Shown here piece by piece: positions 1-9,254 of a stretch of 64,000 nucleotides of DNA. The translations under genes and the position numbers were made by a program. The notes under the pieces are model-generated. The model saw nothing but the letters and a program-made list of their open reading frames with translations. It made no database searches and was not told the DNA's origin. Position 1 is the stretch's first letter. Each line of letters begins with the position of its first letter. The stretch comes from an uncultured Planctomycetia bacterium (GTDB taxonomy: Bacteria; Omnitrophota; Gorgyraeia; Gorgyraeales; Gorgyraeaceae): NCBI GenBank assembly GCA_964415355.1, contig CAYPYS010000007.1:11208-75207 (forward strand), in the 5' to 3' direction.

Positions 1-1455
1 GACGCAGGCATATTCAGGTATATTTTAGAAAAATATGATAAGGATGATATCATGAGGATCCGCGAATTACGCAGCCTGGCTTCGTTTATCAATATGGTCA
101 AGGATTCTGATTTTTCAAATCCAGGCATCGGCTTGAAGGATTTTGTCGAAGAGATAAAGACGCGCAATGAACATAATCTTCCCATACAGGGGGAGCTTGT
201 CACGATGACGCAGGATGGCGTGAGGATATTCACTGCCCATGGTTCAAAAGGCCAGGAGTTTCATAGCGTGATAATACCTTTTTGCGTGCAGGATTCGAGC
301 TGGCCTATAAAACCAATGCCGGATAGGATACCTCTTCCGCCAGAGATAGTAAAGACCAGGGAAAAGGTGGACAGCAAAGAAAAGATAAAAGAACTGAGAT
401 ATTATGACGAAACCAGGCTTTTTTATGTTGCCATAAGTCGCGCCAAAGGCAACGTGCTTTTTACGTCCAGCCCTAAAGAGGACGAGATCCCGAGTTCTTT
501 TATCCATCGGTTAGGCATCGAGACAACGCTGGTTTCGCATAGCGAGGAATCTATATTAGAGGTATCGTTGAGGAAAGAAGATGCCGAGGACCCTTTTATA
601 GGAACGGAAAAGGTTTTAAAAGATATGGTCAGGGATATGAGCTTGAATCCCACTAGTCTGAACAATTATCTGCGTTGCAGGAGAAAGTTCTTGTATGACA
701 ATGTATTGATGTTGCCGTCTGCAAAAAAACAGAGCTTGATTTTTGGCAATGCAGTGCATTCGAGTCTCGAGGATATCTACAGGCATTATATGAAGACTGA
801 TGAGTTTCCAGATTTTCAATTTTTCAAAGACAGATTCTTTAGGGCCTTGAAATTCCAGGGGCCTGAAAAGAACGTGGAGTTGCGTTGCGTGGAGCAGTTT
901 GAGGCGCTGAAGAGATTTTTCAATAAGGTTTCTTCCGGGCCGATCAAGCCCCTGGGCCTTGAAAACCGCATGCCTGTAAATATCGACGGCATTGTCTTTA
1001 CCGGGAAATACGATAAGCTAGAGCTGGAGAGCGATAAGGACAGGACAGCAAGGGTCGTGGATTATAAGACAGGTCAGCCGAAAAATCACCTAGCCGGTAT
1101 TTTCAACTGCAGGAGCCTGGAAGATGGGTCGTGCGACGACTATTTTCGGCAGCTTGTTTGCTATAAACTCCTGTATGAAAGAGACAAGGTCAGGCAGGAC
1201 AAGAGTCTGTCTGTAAGTCACGGCGTGCTTGTGTTTGTCGAGCCCGCGAAGGAAGATATCAGGAAGTACGGCGTAAGAAAGGGTGAGCATTCAGAATTTA
1301 AAATAGAACTGAATGACGACATGGTAGATGAAATGACCGGGATTATAAGGAACACATGGAGAAATATCCAGGACCTGCGCTTAGAGAAGCTTCCGGAAAG
1401 GGATAATAAGAAATGCGGGTGGTGCGATTACGATCACATCTGCTGGACAAAATAG
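1..1455 (+). CDS. 5'-truncated helicase-nuclease: UvrD/PcrA-type helicase C-terminal region fused to a Cas4/AddB-like Fe-S PD-(D/E)XK nuclease domain
   Basis: The reading frame is open from position 1 (no stop before 52), so the gene continues upstream of the window. Helicase motif VI-like TRLFYVAISRAKGNV is present. Nuclease motifs are GIVFTGKYDKLE, VVDYKTG and QLVCYKLLY. The cysteine pattern C...CGWCDYDHIC (C-x2-C-x5-C) is typical of AddB/Cas4 Fe-S nucleases. Confidence 0.7.
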   Translation, partial: DAGIFRYILEKYDKDDIMRIRELRSLASFINMVKDSDFSNPGIGLKDFVEEIKTRNEHNLPIQGELVTMTQDGVRIFTAHGSKGQEFHSVIIPFCVQDSSWPIKPMPDRIPLPPEIVKTREKVDSKEKIKELRYYDETRLFYVAISRAKGNVLFTSSPKEDEIPSSFIHRLGIETTLVSHSEESILEVSLRKEDAEDPFIGTEKVLKDMVRDMSLNPTSLNNYLRCRRKFLYDNVLMLPSAKKQSLIFGNAVHSSLEDIYRHYMKTDEFPDFQFFKDRFFRALKFQGPEKNVELRCVEQFEALKRFFNKVSSGPIKPLGLENRMPVNIDGIVFTGKYDKLELESDKDRTARVVDYKTGQPKNHLAGIFNCRSLEDGSCDDYFRQLVCYKLLYERDKVRQDKSLSVSHGVLVFVEPAKEDIRKYGVRKGEHSEFKIELNDDMVDEMTGIIRNTWRNIQDLRLEKLPERDNKKCGWCDYDHICWTK

Positions 1456-1467
1456 AAGGGGGCAAAC

Positions 1468-2061
1468 ATGAATAGGATTGCTTTTTTTGCATCTATATTT
1501 TTTATCGCTACGATTCTGTTCTCCGGATGCAATATTGTACCTAAATCAGTGCAGTATCAAAAAGAGGAAGAAAAGCTCATAGGTAATACAGACACCATAA
1601 ATCCCAGGGTGGAAGAGATTCAGATCGTGCTCGACGGGCTCGGATACGATATGGGTAATACTGACGGTAGAATGGGACAAAAGACGCGCGAGGCAATAAA
1701 GGAATTTCAAGAGTCACTGGGACTCAAGAGCACAGGATATATAAACGAACGCACGCTGATTCAGGTCGAAGACATCAGGAGGGTTGACGAGGATAAGGAA
1801 TTGAAGGACAAATATGGAGTGGACGTGAGGAGTCCGTATGTAGAAGAAATCGTTTCAGCTGGGTTCGAGCCCACAGCAAAGGACATACAAAATGCTTTAA
1901 AGAACGCTGGGTTTGACCCGGGCGCCATCGACGGCAAAATAGGGCCGCGGACAAAACAAGCTGTCATGGAATTTCAGAAGGTAAATGGCCTTAAGGTGGA
2001 CGGCAAGGTCGGCTCCAAGACATGGGGGGAGCTTAGTAAGTATTTAGGCGCACAAGATTAA
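1468..2061 (+). CDS. Lipoprotein with two peptidoglycan-binding (PG_binding_1-like) repeats
   Basis: Signal peptide plus lipobox-like LFSGC. The repeats are GYDMGNTDGRMGQKTREAIKEFQESLGLKSTGYINERTL and GFDPGAIDGKIGPRTKQAVMEFQKVNGLKVDGKVGSKTW. An RBS-like GAAGGGGG lies upstream of the ATG. Confidence 0.6.
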   Translation: MNRIAFFASIFFIATILFSGCNIVPKSVQYQKEEEKLIGNTDTINPRVEEIQIVLDGLGYDMGNTDGRMGQKTREAIKEFQESLGLKSTGYINERTLIQVEDIRRVDEDKELKDKYGVDVRSPYVEEIVSAGFEPTAKDIQNALKNAGFDPGAIDGKIGPRTKQAVMEFQKVNGLKVDGKVGSKTWGELSKYLGAQD

Positions 2062-2105
2062 CTTTAAGTATACACTTCAACGTTGTTGAAGTGTATACTT
2101 AAAGT
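2060..2105. repeat. Intergenic palindromic repeat, subfamily B (GTATAC-type), 46-bp perfect palindrome
   Basis: AACTTTAAGTATACACTTCAACGTTGTTGAAGTGTATACTTAAAGT. Starts on the AA of the TAA stop (2059-2061). Confidence 0.85.
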
Positions 2106-2107
2106 AT

Positions 2108-2133
2108 GTCATGCCCGTTTTCGCGGGAATGAC
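2108..2133 (+). repeat. Hairpin GTCATGCCCG-ttttcg-CGGGAATGAC (second small repeat family, copy 1)
   Basis: Directly follows palindrome copy 2060-2105. Shares the ATGTCATnCCCG...CGGGAAT core with 11156-11175. Confidence 0.5.
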
Positions 2134-2161
2134 AGGTTAGTTACAGCGGGCTTAAAAAATA

Positions 2162-2190
2162 TTGACAAAATCTAGTTCGGGTGATATAAA
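2162..2190 (+). promoter_or_regulatory. Sigma70-like promoter upstream of the small membrane-protein gene
   Basis: TTGACA (2162-2167), 17-nt spacer, TATAAA (2185-2190) with an extended -10 TG at 2182-2183. Confidence 0.5.
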
Positions 2191-2227
2191 AATAAATACA
2201 CAAGATCTCAAAAGGAGGGAGAGTTAA

Positions 2228-2434
2228 ATGGGCAAGTATATAACTGTTCTTGGAGGTCTGATAAGCATTCTTATAGGTATATGGGGCGTTAAGACTTGGT
2301 GGTGGAGTTTTGCAGAGCTTCTAAAAGGGGCTGTCCCTCCAATGCTTATACTTGGAGGTCTTGCGGCATTTTTTGCAGGTATAAGCGAGATCAAGGATTC
2401 TGCGCAGGCCAAGAAAGAAAAAGACAAAAAATAA
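2228..2434 (+). CDS. Small (68 aa) membrane protein, hypothetical
   Basis: Strong RBS AAAGGAGGGAG 6 nt upstream of the ATG. Two hydrophobic segments and a lysine-rich C-terminus. Preceded by a consensus-like promoter and followed by an intrinsic terminator. Confidence 0.5.
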   Translation: MGKYITVLGGLISILIGIWGVKTWWWSFAELLKGAVPPMLILGGLAAFFAGISEIKDSAQAKKEKDKK

Positions 2435-2465
2435 TTATTTAAAAGACGTCTCGCATTTATTATGG

Positions 2466-2499
2466 ATAGGCCCGAGCAATAAAGGGCCTATCTTTTTTT
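2466..2499 (+). terminator. Rho-independent terminator (GC stem + T-tract)
   Basis: ATAGGCCC(2466-2473), loop gagcaataaa, GGGCCTAT(2484-2491), then cTTTTTTT. It lies downstream of the 2228-2434 ORF. Confidence 0.6.
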
Positions 2500-2512
2500 C
2501 AAGGAGGCTGTT

Positions 2513-3361
2513 ATGAATTACATTAAGACTGGATTCTTGTTGGTGCTTTTGACCATGCTTTTTGTGTGGATCGGAGGACACTTTGGCGGACAGGCAGGCG
2601 CTACGTATGCGTTTATGTTCGCGCTTATAATGAATGTCGGGGCGTATTGGTTTAGCGATAAGATCGTGCTTAAGATGTACGGCACGAAAGAGGCCCAGGA
2701 GAGCGAGGTCCCCGAGCTTTATAATATAGTGAAAGAGTCGACGGCTTCTGCAAAGCTCCCGATGCCGAAGGTATGCATCGCGCCTCAAAATTCTCCGAAC
2801 GCGTTTGCGACCGGCCGTAATCCTAAACACGCGGCGGTCTGCGTGACGCAGGGCATATTAAATCTTCTGAGCCGCGAAGAATTAAAAGGCGTAATAGCGC
2901 ACGAACTCGCGCATATAAAAAATAGAGACACGTTAATAATGACAGTGGCTGCTACTATAGCCGGAGCCATTACAATGCTTGCCAGCTTGGCGAGGTGGGC
3001 CGCGATATTCGGAGGTTTCGGCGGGAGGGGCGGACGCTCTAGGGACAGCAACGTGCTCGGATATTTGTTTATGCTCATCGTTGCGCCTATAGCAGCGATG
3101 CTCATACAGCTTGCGATATCAAGATCGAGGGAATATGAGGCTGACAAAAGAGGCGCTTATATAGCGAAGAACCCCACAGGCCTGGCTGACGCGCTTTTGA
3201 AATTAGAAAAAGGTACAAGGCGTTATCCTGTACAGGCTAATAATGCAACAGCTCATCTTTTCATTGTAAATCCTTTGCGGGGCAAAGGCCTGGCAGCTCT
3301 TTTCAGCACTCATCCTCCGGTCAAAGACCGCGTAGAAAGACTCAGGAAATTAAATGTCTAA
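2513..3361 (+). CDS. htpX: HtpX-family M48 zinc metalloprotease
   Basis: HEXXH motif HELAHI. N-terminal TM helices. HtpX-like GG-rich linker and C-terminal THPPVKDR. RBS AAGGAGG. Confidence 0.85.
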   Translation: MNYIKTGFLLVLLTMLFVWIGGHFGGQAGATYAFMFALIMNVGAYWFSDKIVLKMYGTKEAQESEVPELYNIVKESTASAKLPMPKVCIAPQNSPNAFATGRNPKHAAVCVTQGILNLLSREELKGVIAHELAHIKNRDTLIMTVAATIAGAITMLASLARWAAIFGGFGGRGGRSRDSNVLGYLFMLIVAPIAAMLIQLAISRSREYEADKRGAYIAKNPTGLADALLKLEKGTRRYPVQANNATAHLFIVNPLRGKGLAALFSTHPPVKDRVERLRKLNV

Positions 3362-3394
3362 CTTTACACTTTAACATTGTTAAAATGTAAAGTT
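3360..3394. repeat. Intergenic palindromic repeat, subfamily A
   Basis: AACTTTACACTTTAACATTGTTAAAATGTAAAGTT. Starts on the AA of the htpX TAA stop. Confidence 0.85.
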
Positions 3395-3420
3395 AGGTGG
3401 AGAAATTTTTTTATTTTTTG

Positions 3421-3449
3421 TTGCAAAGAGAAAGAAAATTTTTTATAAT
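3421..3449 (+). promoter_or_regulatory. Sigma70-like promoter (distal) in the htpX-nrdJ intergenic region
   Basis: TTGCAA (3421-3426), 17 nt, TATAAT (3444-3449). The region is AT-rich, so a chance match is possible. Confidence 0.35.
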
Positions 3450-3553
3450 GTTTACACGCTTGTAATTTTCTAACAGCTTTTATATTTTTGGTTTTCAGTA
3501 TTTATGAAGCGTCTGGCTGAACCTCGACGATATAATTGATTTTTGACAATGAC

Positions 3554-3598
3554 CACAACATATAGTTGTGCATACCCTGTAAAACAGCAATATATTGT
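3554..3598 (+). promoter_or_regulatory. Two NrdR-box-like AT-rich palindromes upstream of nrdJ
   Basis: CACAACATATAGTTGTG (3554-3570) and ACAGCAATATATTGT (3584-3598). They resemble the NrdR consensus acaCwAtATaTwGtgt, with one-base spacing deviations. Centres are about 29 bp apart. Confidence 0.4.
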
Positions 3599-3606
3599 AT
3601 TTTTGT

Positions 3607-3635
3607 CTTGACTTGAATTTTTTAGATGATATACT
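3607..3635 (+). promoter_or_regulatory. Sigma70-like promoter (proximal) for nrdJ
   Basis: TTGACT (3607-3612), 17 nt, TATACT (3630-3635). It sits just downstream of the NrdR-like boxes. Confidence 0.45.
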
Positions 3636-3655
3636 TATTTTTATCACATAACCTT

Positions 3656-3690
3656 AACTTTACACTTTAACGTTGTTAAAATGTAAAGTT
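3656..3690. repeat. Intergenic palindromic repeat, subfamily A (within the nrdJ 5' leader)
   Basis: AACTTTACACTTTAACGTTGTTAAAATGTAAAGTT. Ends 15 nt before the nrdJ RBS. Confidence 0.85.
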
Positions 3691-3711
3691 AGGGATTAAG
3701 AGGGGGTGAAG

Positions 3712-6012
3712 ATGCAGGTAGATGTAGTCAGCAGGAAAAAATTGAATATCTCCGAGAATTGCCTTAAGGTCCTTAAAAGAAGATATCTAAAAAAAGATAA
3801 AAATGGAAATGTTATAGAAGCGCCCGAAGAAATGTTTGCGCGTGTCAGCCGGCACATAGCGCAAGCCGATAAATCATATGGCGCGACAGCCAAGGAGATC
3901 AAGAAAACAGAGGAAAAATTTTACGATTCACTTAGCAATTTTGAATTCGTACCAAACAGCCCTACTTTAATGAATGCCGGAAAGGACCTCGGACAATTAT
4001 CTGCCTGTTTCGTGCTGCCCATTGGGGATTCGATGGAGTCGATTTTTGATGCGATAAAAAATACCGCCATGATACATAAAAGCGGAGGCGGGACCGGATT
4101 TAGTTTTTCGAGGCTACGACCGAAAAACAGTGTTGTGCGTTCCACTGGAGGCGTCTCGAGCGGCCCGGTTTCATTTATGAAGGTATTTAACGCAGCGACC
4201 CAGGCCGTGAAACAAGGCGGAACGCGTCGCGGCGCAAATATGGGCATATTGCGCGTTGATCATCCTGACATCCTTGAATTCATAAAGTGTAAAGAGAACG
4301 ATAAAGAGATCACAAATTTCAATATTTCTATAGCTGTCACGGAAGATTTCATGAAAAAGGTAATAGAGGAAAAAGAGTATGATTTGATAGATCCTCATGC
4401 AAAAAATGTTGTTTCCAGGCTTAAGGCAAAAGAAGTCTTTGATCTCATTGTCGAAATGGCATGGAAGAACGGCGAGCCAGGCATTGTTTTTATCGACAGG
4501 ATCAACAAGGATAATCCTACGCCTGCGCTGGGAGACATTGAGAGCACTAATCCATGCGGCGAGCAACCGCTTTTGCCTTTTGAAAGCTGCAACCTGGGTT
4601 CTGTAAATCTTTCCAAAGCAGTGAGCGCAAACGGAAAAAAAGAAATAGACTGGGAAAAATTAAAAAGATTAACGCATTTGGGCGTACATTTTCTGGATAA
4701 CGTGATAGATAGAAATAAATTTCCTCTGGATCAAATAAAAGATATGACCAGAAGTAACCGAAAGATAGGGCTGGGGGTGATGGGCTGGGCAGATATGTTG
4801 ATCCAGCTGGAGATACCCTATAATAGCGACGAGGCTGTTGACCTGGCTGAGAAAATCATGGGATTTATAGACGGAGAGGCGGGAAAGAAATCCGAAGAGT
4901 TGGCTGGCCTGCGAAAACCGTTTCCTTCCTATAAAGAGAGTGTTTTTTCTAAAAATGGCAGAGGCAAAGAAATCAGAAATGCCACGCTTACTACAATAGC
5001 GCCTACGGGAACGATTTCTATAATATCAAACTCCTCCAGCGGCATTGAACCTTTGTTCGCTATTTCGTATTACAGGAACGTTATGGATAATGATAAACTC
5101 ATCGAGGCGAATCCATTATTTGAAGAGATCGCGAAGAGAGAGGGGTTTTATTCAAGGAAACTGATGGAGACCATCGCGGATAAGGGCTCTATCAAGGACA
5201 TAAAAGAAGTGCCTGAAAAATACAGAAAGATTTTTGTCACCTCGCACGATATTGCTCCGCTATGGCACATAAGGATGCAGGCGGCGTTTCAAAAATATAC
5301 TCACAACGCTGTTTCTAAGACGGTAAATTTTCACAATGACGCTACGAAAGATGACGTGAGAGAAGTGTACATGCTCGCTTATAAATTAGGTTGCAAGGGC
5401 GTGACGATTTACAGGGATAAGAGCAGGGAGGAGCAGGTCTTGAACATAAATTCCGGTTCTAAAAAATCTTCTGGCGAGACAAAGCCGACCCAGGAGGTTA
5501 AAGATAAGAAAGCAGTTGCCCCGCGTCCCAGACCTGCAGTCACTACCGGGACCACGACAAAGGTAACCACAGGTTGCGGTAACCTTTACATTACAATAAA
5601 TGTGGATGACAGAAGCATGCCGTTCGAGGTATTCATCCAGATGGGAAAGGCTGGGGGTTGCGCTGCGAGCCAGCTTGAGGCGACAGGAAGGCTTGTGTCT
5701 CTGGCGCTTCGTTCCGGCGTGGAGAATAAAAAGATCATAGATCAGCTGAGAGGCATACGATGCCCTTCTCCGTCGTGGGAAAAAGGCGGAAGGATTTTTT
5801 CTTGCGCTGACGCGATTGCGAGAGTTTTAGAGTTAAGACTGGGCAATGGCAAAATGCACCATGAAGAAGAGGAATTAGAAAAACATTCTCCGCACACGAT
5901 GATAGAAGATAAGCTTGGCAATGTCGTCGGTGTTTGTCCTGATTGCGGGGCTGCACTGAGACATGAAGAAGGCTGTGTGGTCTGTCGTTCCTGCGGATAT
6001 TCTAAATGTTAA
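3712..6012 (+). CDS. nrdJ: Adenosylcobalamin-dependent (class II) ribonucleotide reductase
   Basis: Active-site region [11 protein letters not shown] barrel motifs SACFVLP and [10 protein letters not shown]-terminal Cys4 zinc-ribbon CPDCG...CVVCRSCG. Start chosen at ATG 3712 after the RBS GAGGGGG; the GTG at 3706 is an alternative. Confidence 0.88.
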   Translation: MQVDVVSRKKLNISENCLKVLKRRYLKKDKNGNVIEAPEEMFARVSRHIAQADKSYGATAKEIKKTEEKFYDSLSNFEFVPNSPTLMNAGKDLGQLSACFVLPIGDSMESIFDAIKNTAMIHKSGGGTGFSFSRLRPKNSVVRSTGGVSSGPVSFMKVFNAATQAVKQGGTRRGANMGILRVDHPDILEFIKCKENDKEITNFNISIAVTEDFMKKVIEEKEYDLIDPHAKNVVSRLKAKEVFDLIVEMAWKNGEPGIVFIDRINKDNPTPALGDIESTNPCGEQPLLPFESCNLGSVNLSKAVSANGKKEIDWEKLKRLTHLGVHFLDNVIDRNKFPLDQIKDMTRSNRKIGLGVMGWADMLIQLEIPYNSDEAVDLAEKIMGFIDGEAGKKSEELAGLRKPFPSYKESVFSKNGRGKEIRNATLTTIAPTGTISIISNSSSGIEPLFAISYYRNVMDNDKLIEANPLFEEIAKREGFYSRKLMETIADKGSIKDIKEVPEKYRKIFVTSHDIAPLWHIRMQAAFQKYTHNAVSKTVNFHNDATKDDVREVYMLAYKLGCKGVTIYRDKSREEQVLNINSGSKKSSGETKPTQEVKDKKAVAPRPRPAVTTGTTTKVTTGCGNLYITINVDDRSMPFEVFIQMGKAGGCAASQLEATGRLVSLALRSGVENKKIIDQLRGIRCPSPSWEKGGRIFSCADAIARVLELRLGNGKMHHEEEELEKHSPHTMIEDKLGNVVGVCPDCGAALRHEEGCVVCRSCGYSKC

Positions 6013-6013
6013 C

Positions 6014-6568
6014 ATGTCAATAAGACCCGATTCCTGGATCAAGAGAATGGCTTTAGAGCACGACATGATAAGGCCATTCGAGCCCACCCAAGTAAAAAAC
6101 GGCAACATTTCTTTTGGTCTATCCAGTTTTGGATATGATATGAGGATCGCTGACGAGTTCAAGCTATTAAGATCCTCAGGCGCGAAAGACGCCCTGGACC
6201 CTAAAAAAATAAATCCGGATCTATTCGAAGATTATAAGGGTAAAGTTTGCGTAATCCCGCCGAATTCTTTTGTCCTGGCGCGTTCGCTCGAATATTTTAA
6301 GATCCCAAGAAATGTCCTGGCGCTTTGTACTGGAAAAAGTACTTATGCGAGGATAGGGGTGGTGGTAAATGTAACGCCGCTGGAGCCTTCCTGGGAAGGT
6401 TTTATCACAATGGATATATCGAACACGTCCCCCTATCCTGTAAAGATTTATGCCAATGAGGGCATTGGCCAGATAGTTTTTTTTGAATCACAGGAGGCCT
6501 GCGAAATCAGTTATTCTGACCGCAAAGGCCGATATCAATCCCAAACCAAAATCACTTTACCCACCTAA
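6014..6568 (+). CDS. dcd: dCTP deaminase
   Basis: N-terminus [24 protein letters not shown] is Dcd-like. Jelly-roll motifs [10 protein letters not shown] and [10 protein letters not shown]. The ATG lies 2 nt after the nrdJ stop, consistent with translational coupling. Confidence 0.85.
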   Translation: MSIRPDSWIKRMALEHDMIRPFEPTQVKNGNISFGLSSFGYDMRIADEFKLLRSSGAKDALDPKKINPDLFEDYKGKVCVIPPNSFVLARSLEYFKIPRNVLALCTGKSTYARIGVVVNVTPLEPSWEGFITMDISNTSPYPVKIYANEGIGQIVFFESQEACEISYSDRKGRYQSQTKITLPT

Positions 6569-6601
6569 CTTTACATTTCAACAACGTTAAAGTGTAAAGT
6601 T
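6567..6601. repeat. Intergenic palindromic repeat, subfamily A (reverse-complement form)
   Basis: AACTTTACATTTCAACAACGTTAAAGTGTAAAGTT. Starts on the AA of the dcd TAA stop. Confidence 0.85.
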
Positions 6602-6617
6602 AGAGCAGGAGGATGTA

Positions 6618-7373
6618 ATGGGAAACATAAAACTTGTGCTTTTAAGGCACGGCGAGAGCATATGGAACAAGGAAAATAAATTTACAGGGTGGACAGATGT
6701 TGATCTGTCTGAAAAAGGCGTGGAAGAGGCAAAAGAATCGGGCAGGGTTTTGAAAAAAGAAGGCTACATGTTTGACGTCGCGTTTACGTCTGTCTTGAAG
6801 AGAGCGATAAGGACGCTGTGGCTTGCTTTGGACGAGATGGATCTCATGTGGATTCCTGTCTACAGGTCGTGGCGTTTGAACGAGCGTCATTACGGCGCGC
6901 TGCAAGGACTAAACAAGGCAGAGACGGCAAAAAAATTCGGCGAGGAACAAGTGCTTATCTGGCGTAGGAGTTATGACGTGCCGCCTAGTGCATTGGATAA
7001 GACAGACGAGCGCTATCCCGGCAATGACCCAAGGTATCACGTATTGGATGAAAAAGATATCCCGCTTACCGAGTGTCTTAAAGATACAGTGGCCCGATTT
7101 CTTCCTTATTGGCACGATACGATAGCGCCTGCTGTGAAATCTGGCAAACGCGTACTTATAGCTGCGCACGGAAATAGTCTGCGTGCGCTCGTGAAATATC
7201 TGGACAATATCTCTGATGAGAAAATAGTAAAACTGAATATCCCCACCGGTATCCCGCTTATTTATGAACTAGACAAAGAGCTGAAGCCCGTCAGGCATTA
7301 TTACCTGGGCGACCCTGAAAAAGTCAAAAAGGCAATGGAAGCCGTAAGTAAACAGGGCAAGGCCAAGACCTAA
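6618..7373 (+). CDS. gpmA: 2,3-bisphosphoglycerate-dependent phosphoglycerate mutase
   Basis: [26 protein letters not shown], including the catalytic His in RHGES. Also RAIRTLW and [11 protein letters not shown]. Confidence 0.9.
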   Translation: MGNIKLVLLRHGESIWNKENKFTGWTDVDLSEKGVEEAKESGRVLKKEGYMFDVAFTSVLKRAIRTLWLALDEMDLMWIPVYRSWRLNERHYGALQGLNKAETAKKFGEEQVLIWRRSYDVPPSALDKTDERYPGNDPRYHVLDEKDIPLTECLKDTVARFLPYWHDTIAPAVKSGKRVLIAAHGNSLRALVKYLDNISDEKIVKLNIPTGIPLIYELDKELKPVRHYYLGDPEKVKKAMEAVSKQGKAKT

Positions 7374-7406
7374 CTTTACACTTTAACGTTGTTGAAATGT
7401 AAAGTT
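7372..7406. repeat. Intergenic palindromic repeat, subfamily A
   Basis: Starts on the AA of the gpmA TAA stop. Confidence 0.85.
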
Positions 7407-7434
7407 GACTTATAGCAGCTATATATGATAATAT

Positions 7435-8346
7435 ATGGCGGTCATGGCTAAGACAAAGCCGAAGCACGTTGTAATTTATCTATGCTTTAGAATTTTTAGC
7501 TTCTTTGTGTTTATGCTGCCGCTTAGGTGTGGCCTGGGGATCGGCCAGGGCCTTGGTAGATTGGCTTTCCGCCTTTTTAAAAAAGCTCGATTAAAGGCAT
7601 TAAAGAACCTGGATGCCTCATTTGCGAATTCCAGGACCAGAGAAGAGAAAGAGTTTATAGCTGAAGGGGTCTTTGAAAATCTTGGAAAAAATATTATCGA
7701 GATTATTTGCCTCTCGAAATTCGATAGAAACAATATAGACGCCTATATAAAATGCAAAGGGCTTAAGGCTATTACAGGGTTGATAGAGAAAGGGAAAGGC
7801 GGCGTTGTTCTCTCTGCTCATTTTGGTAATTGGGAGCTCATAGCGCATTATTTTGGGATCAAAGGGTATTCGGTTAACGTCATCGCCAGGCGAGTGAGGA
7901 TGGGACAGTTCGAGAATTTCCTAGCCAAAGCAAGGAAGCGCAACAGCGTAAAGATCTTATACAGGGACGCGTCCGCGAAAGAGACGGTCGCGCTTTTGAA
8001 GAAAAATGAATTCGTAGGCGTGATGCCTGACCAGGATATGGACAGCGTCTCCGGCGTCTTCGTAGATTTTTTTGGGCGCAAGGCATTTACGCCGAACGGG
8101 CCAGCGGTTTTAAATCTTATGACAGGAGTGCCCATAATTCCTTGCTTTATTGTCAGAAAGGATTTTGGCCACGAGATCGTTATAGATGAGCCCATAGAGC
8201 TCAGCACTACAGGAGACAGGCGCAGAGATATTCTGGAGAACACCCAGAGATATACAAAAGTAATAGAGGATCAAATAAGGAAATACCCGTCGCAGTGGGT
8301 CTGGTTTCACGACAGATGGAAGACAAAGGAAGAACAATGCGCTTAA
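7435..8346 (+). CDS. Lipid A biosynthesis lauroyl/myristoyl acyltransferase (LpxL/HtrB family)
   Basis: N-terminal TM segment. HFGNWE acyltransferase HX4E-like motif. Length and architecture match LpxL/LpxM. Confidence 0.75.
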   Translation: MAVMAKTKPKHVVIYLCFRIFSFFVFMLPLRCGLGIGQGLGRLAFRLFKKARLKALKNLDASFANSRTREEKEFIAEGVFENLGKNIIEIICLSKFDRNNIDAYIKCKGLKAITGLIEKGKGGVVLSAHFGNWELIAHYFGIKGYSVNVIARRVRMGQFENFLAKARKRNSVKILYRDASAKETVALLKKNEFVGVMPDQDMDSVSGVFVDFFGRKAFTPNGPAVLNLMTGVPIIPCFIVRKDFGHEIVIDEPIELSTTGDRRRDILENTQRYTKVIEDQIRKYPSQWVWFHDRWKTKEEQCA

Positions 8347-8382
8347 GTTTACACTTTAACATTGTTGAAATGTATACTTAAG
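8345..8382. repeat. Intergenic palindromic repeat, A/B hybrid variant
   Basis: AAGTTTACACTTTAACATTGTTGAAATGTATACTTAAG. Starts on the AA of the lpxL-like TAA stop. Confidence 0.8.
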
Positions 8383-8400
8383 AGGGTAAATATTCACGTT

Positions 8401-9237
8401 ATGCAAAAGTATAAAATAGCAACTGTATTGGTTTTTATTATGAATCTTTGCTTGTTCTGCTTTGCGCAGGAAGAAGAAGTAGATCAGCAGATCGACGGAT
8501 TTTCTCTTGTGCAGTATGAAGACGGCGGCGATAAGAAATGGGAATTAAACGGCACCTCAGCGGACGTAGAAGAAGAGAATGTCAAGATCAGCGAGATATC
8601 AGGGATCGCTTTTACAGATGAAGCAACGCTTAAATTAAAGGCGGAAGAAGGGAATTTTGATAGAGAAGACCAGATGGTGCATCTTGCGAATAATGTGGTG
8701 ATAAAAGCTACAGACGGCACTGCCCTCAGGACGGATTCGTTAGATTGGGATGCGCAGGGGAAGAGTGTATTTACGGACGAAGAAGTCAGTATTAAAAAAG
8801 CAGATTTTCATGTCAATGGCAAAGGCGCAGAGGTTGATCTGGAAAACAGGACCGCTGAGCTGAAGAAAGATGTTGTCGCAAATATAGTATCTTCAGAAGC
8901 AGGTGTTTTGCGGAAAGCGGACGACGATGCGCGGGATACGATAATAACTTGCGACGGCCCGCTCGAGATAAACTATAAGAAGAACAAGGCTACATTTAGG
9001 AACAATGTAGAGGTGCGGGACGCAGAAGGCAATATAATCGCTGATCGAATAGATGTTTATTTTGGCAAAGACACTAGGCGTGTGAGGGTCGTTGTCGCCA
9101 GGGGCAATGTTAAGATCATAAACGAGGGCAATGTGACATATAGTGAGAAGGCGATCTACCTTGTTGAACAGGGTCGCGTGGTCTTACCTAAGCGTCCGAA
9201 GCTAGTAATACAGAGAGAAGAAGTCGGAGAATTTTAA
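8401..9237 (+). CDS. LptC/LptA-family (OstA-like beta-jellyroll) LPS transport protein
   Basis: N-terminal hydrophobic anchor or signal YKIATVLVFIMNLCLFCFA. Repeated beta-strand-rich OstA-like segments. It sits between an lpxL-like gene and lptB, as lptC-lptA do in the E. coli lptCAB locus. It could be a fused LptC-LptA. The ORF track's extended start at 8362 lies inside the palindromic repeat. Confidence 0.55.
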   Translation: MQKYKIATVLVFIMNLCLFCFAQEEEVDQQIDGFSLVQYEDGGDKKWELNGTSADVEEENVKISEISGIAFTDEATLKLKAEEGNFDREDQMVHLANNVVIKATDGTALRTDSLDWDAQGKSVFTDEEVSIKKADFHVNGKGAEVDLENRTAELKKDVVANIVSSEAGVLRKADDDARDTIITCDGPLEINYKKNKATFRNNVEVRDAEGNIIADRIDVYFGKDTRRVRVVVARGNVKIINEGNVTYSEKAIYLVEQGRVVLPKRPKLVIQREEVGEF

Positions 9238-9254
9238 ATTTAAAATGAAAAGAT

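Noticed and set aside
1855-1875. tRNA-like string GGGTTCGAGCCC
   Set aside because: It lies inside the coding frame of the peptidoglycan-binding lipoprotein, with no acceptor stem or anticodon-arm context. No tRNA genes were found in the window.
3529-3571. Additional promoter-like hexamers (TATAAT at 3531-3536; TTGACA at 3543-3548)
   Set aside because: Each lacks a partner hexamer at 16-18-nt spacing. The region is very AT-rich, so isolated hexamers are expected by chance.
3395-3711. Cobalamin riboswitch upstream of nrdJ
   Set aside because: No conserved B12-box-like core is seen, and biologically a B12-dependent RNR is not expected to be B12-repressed.
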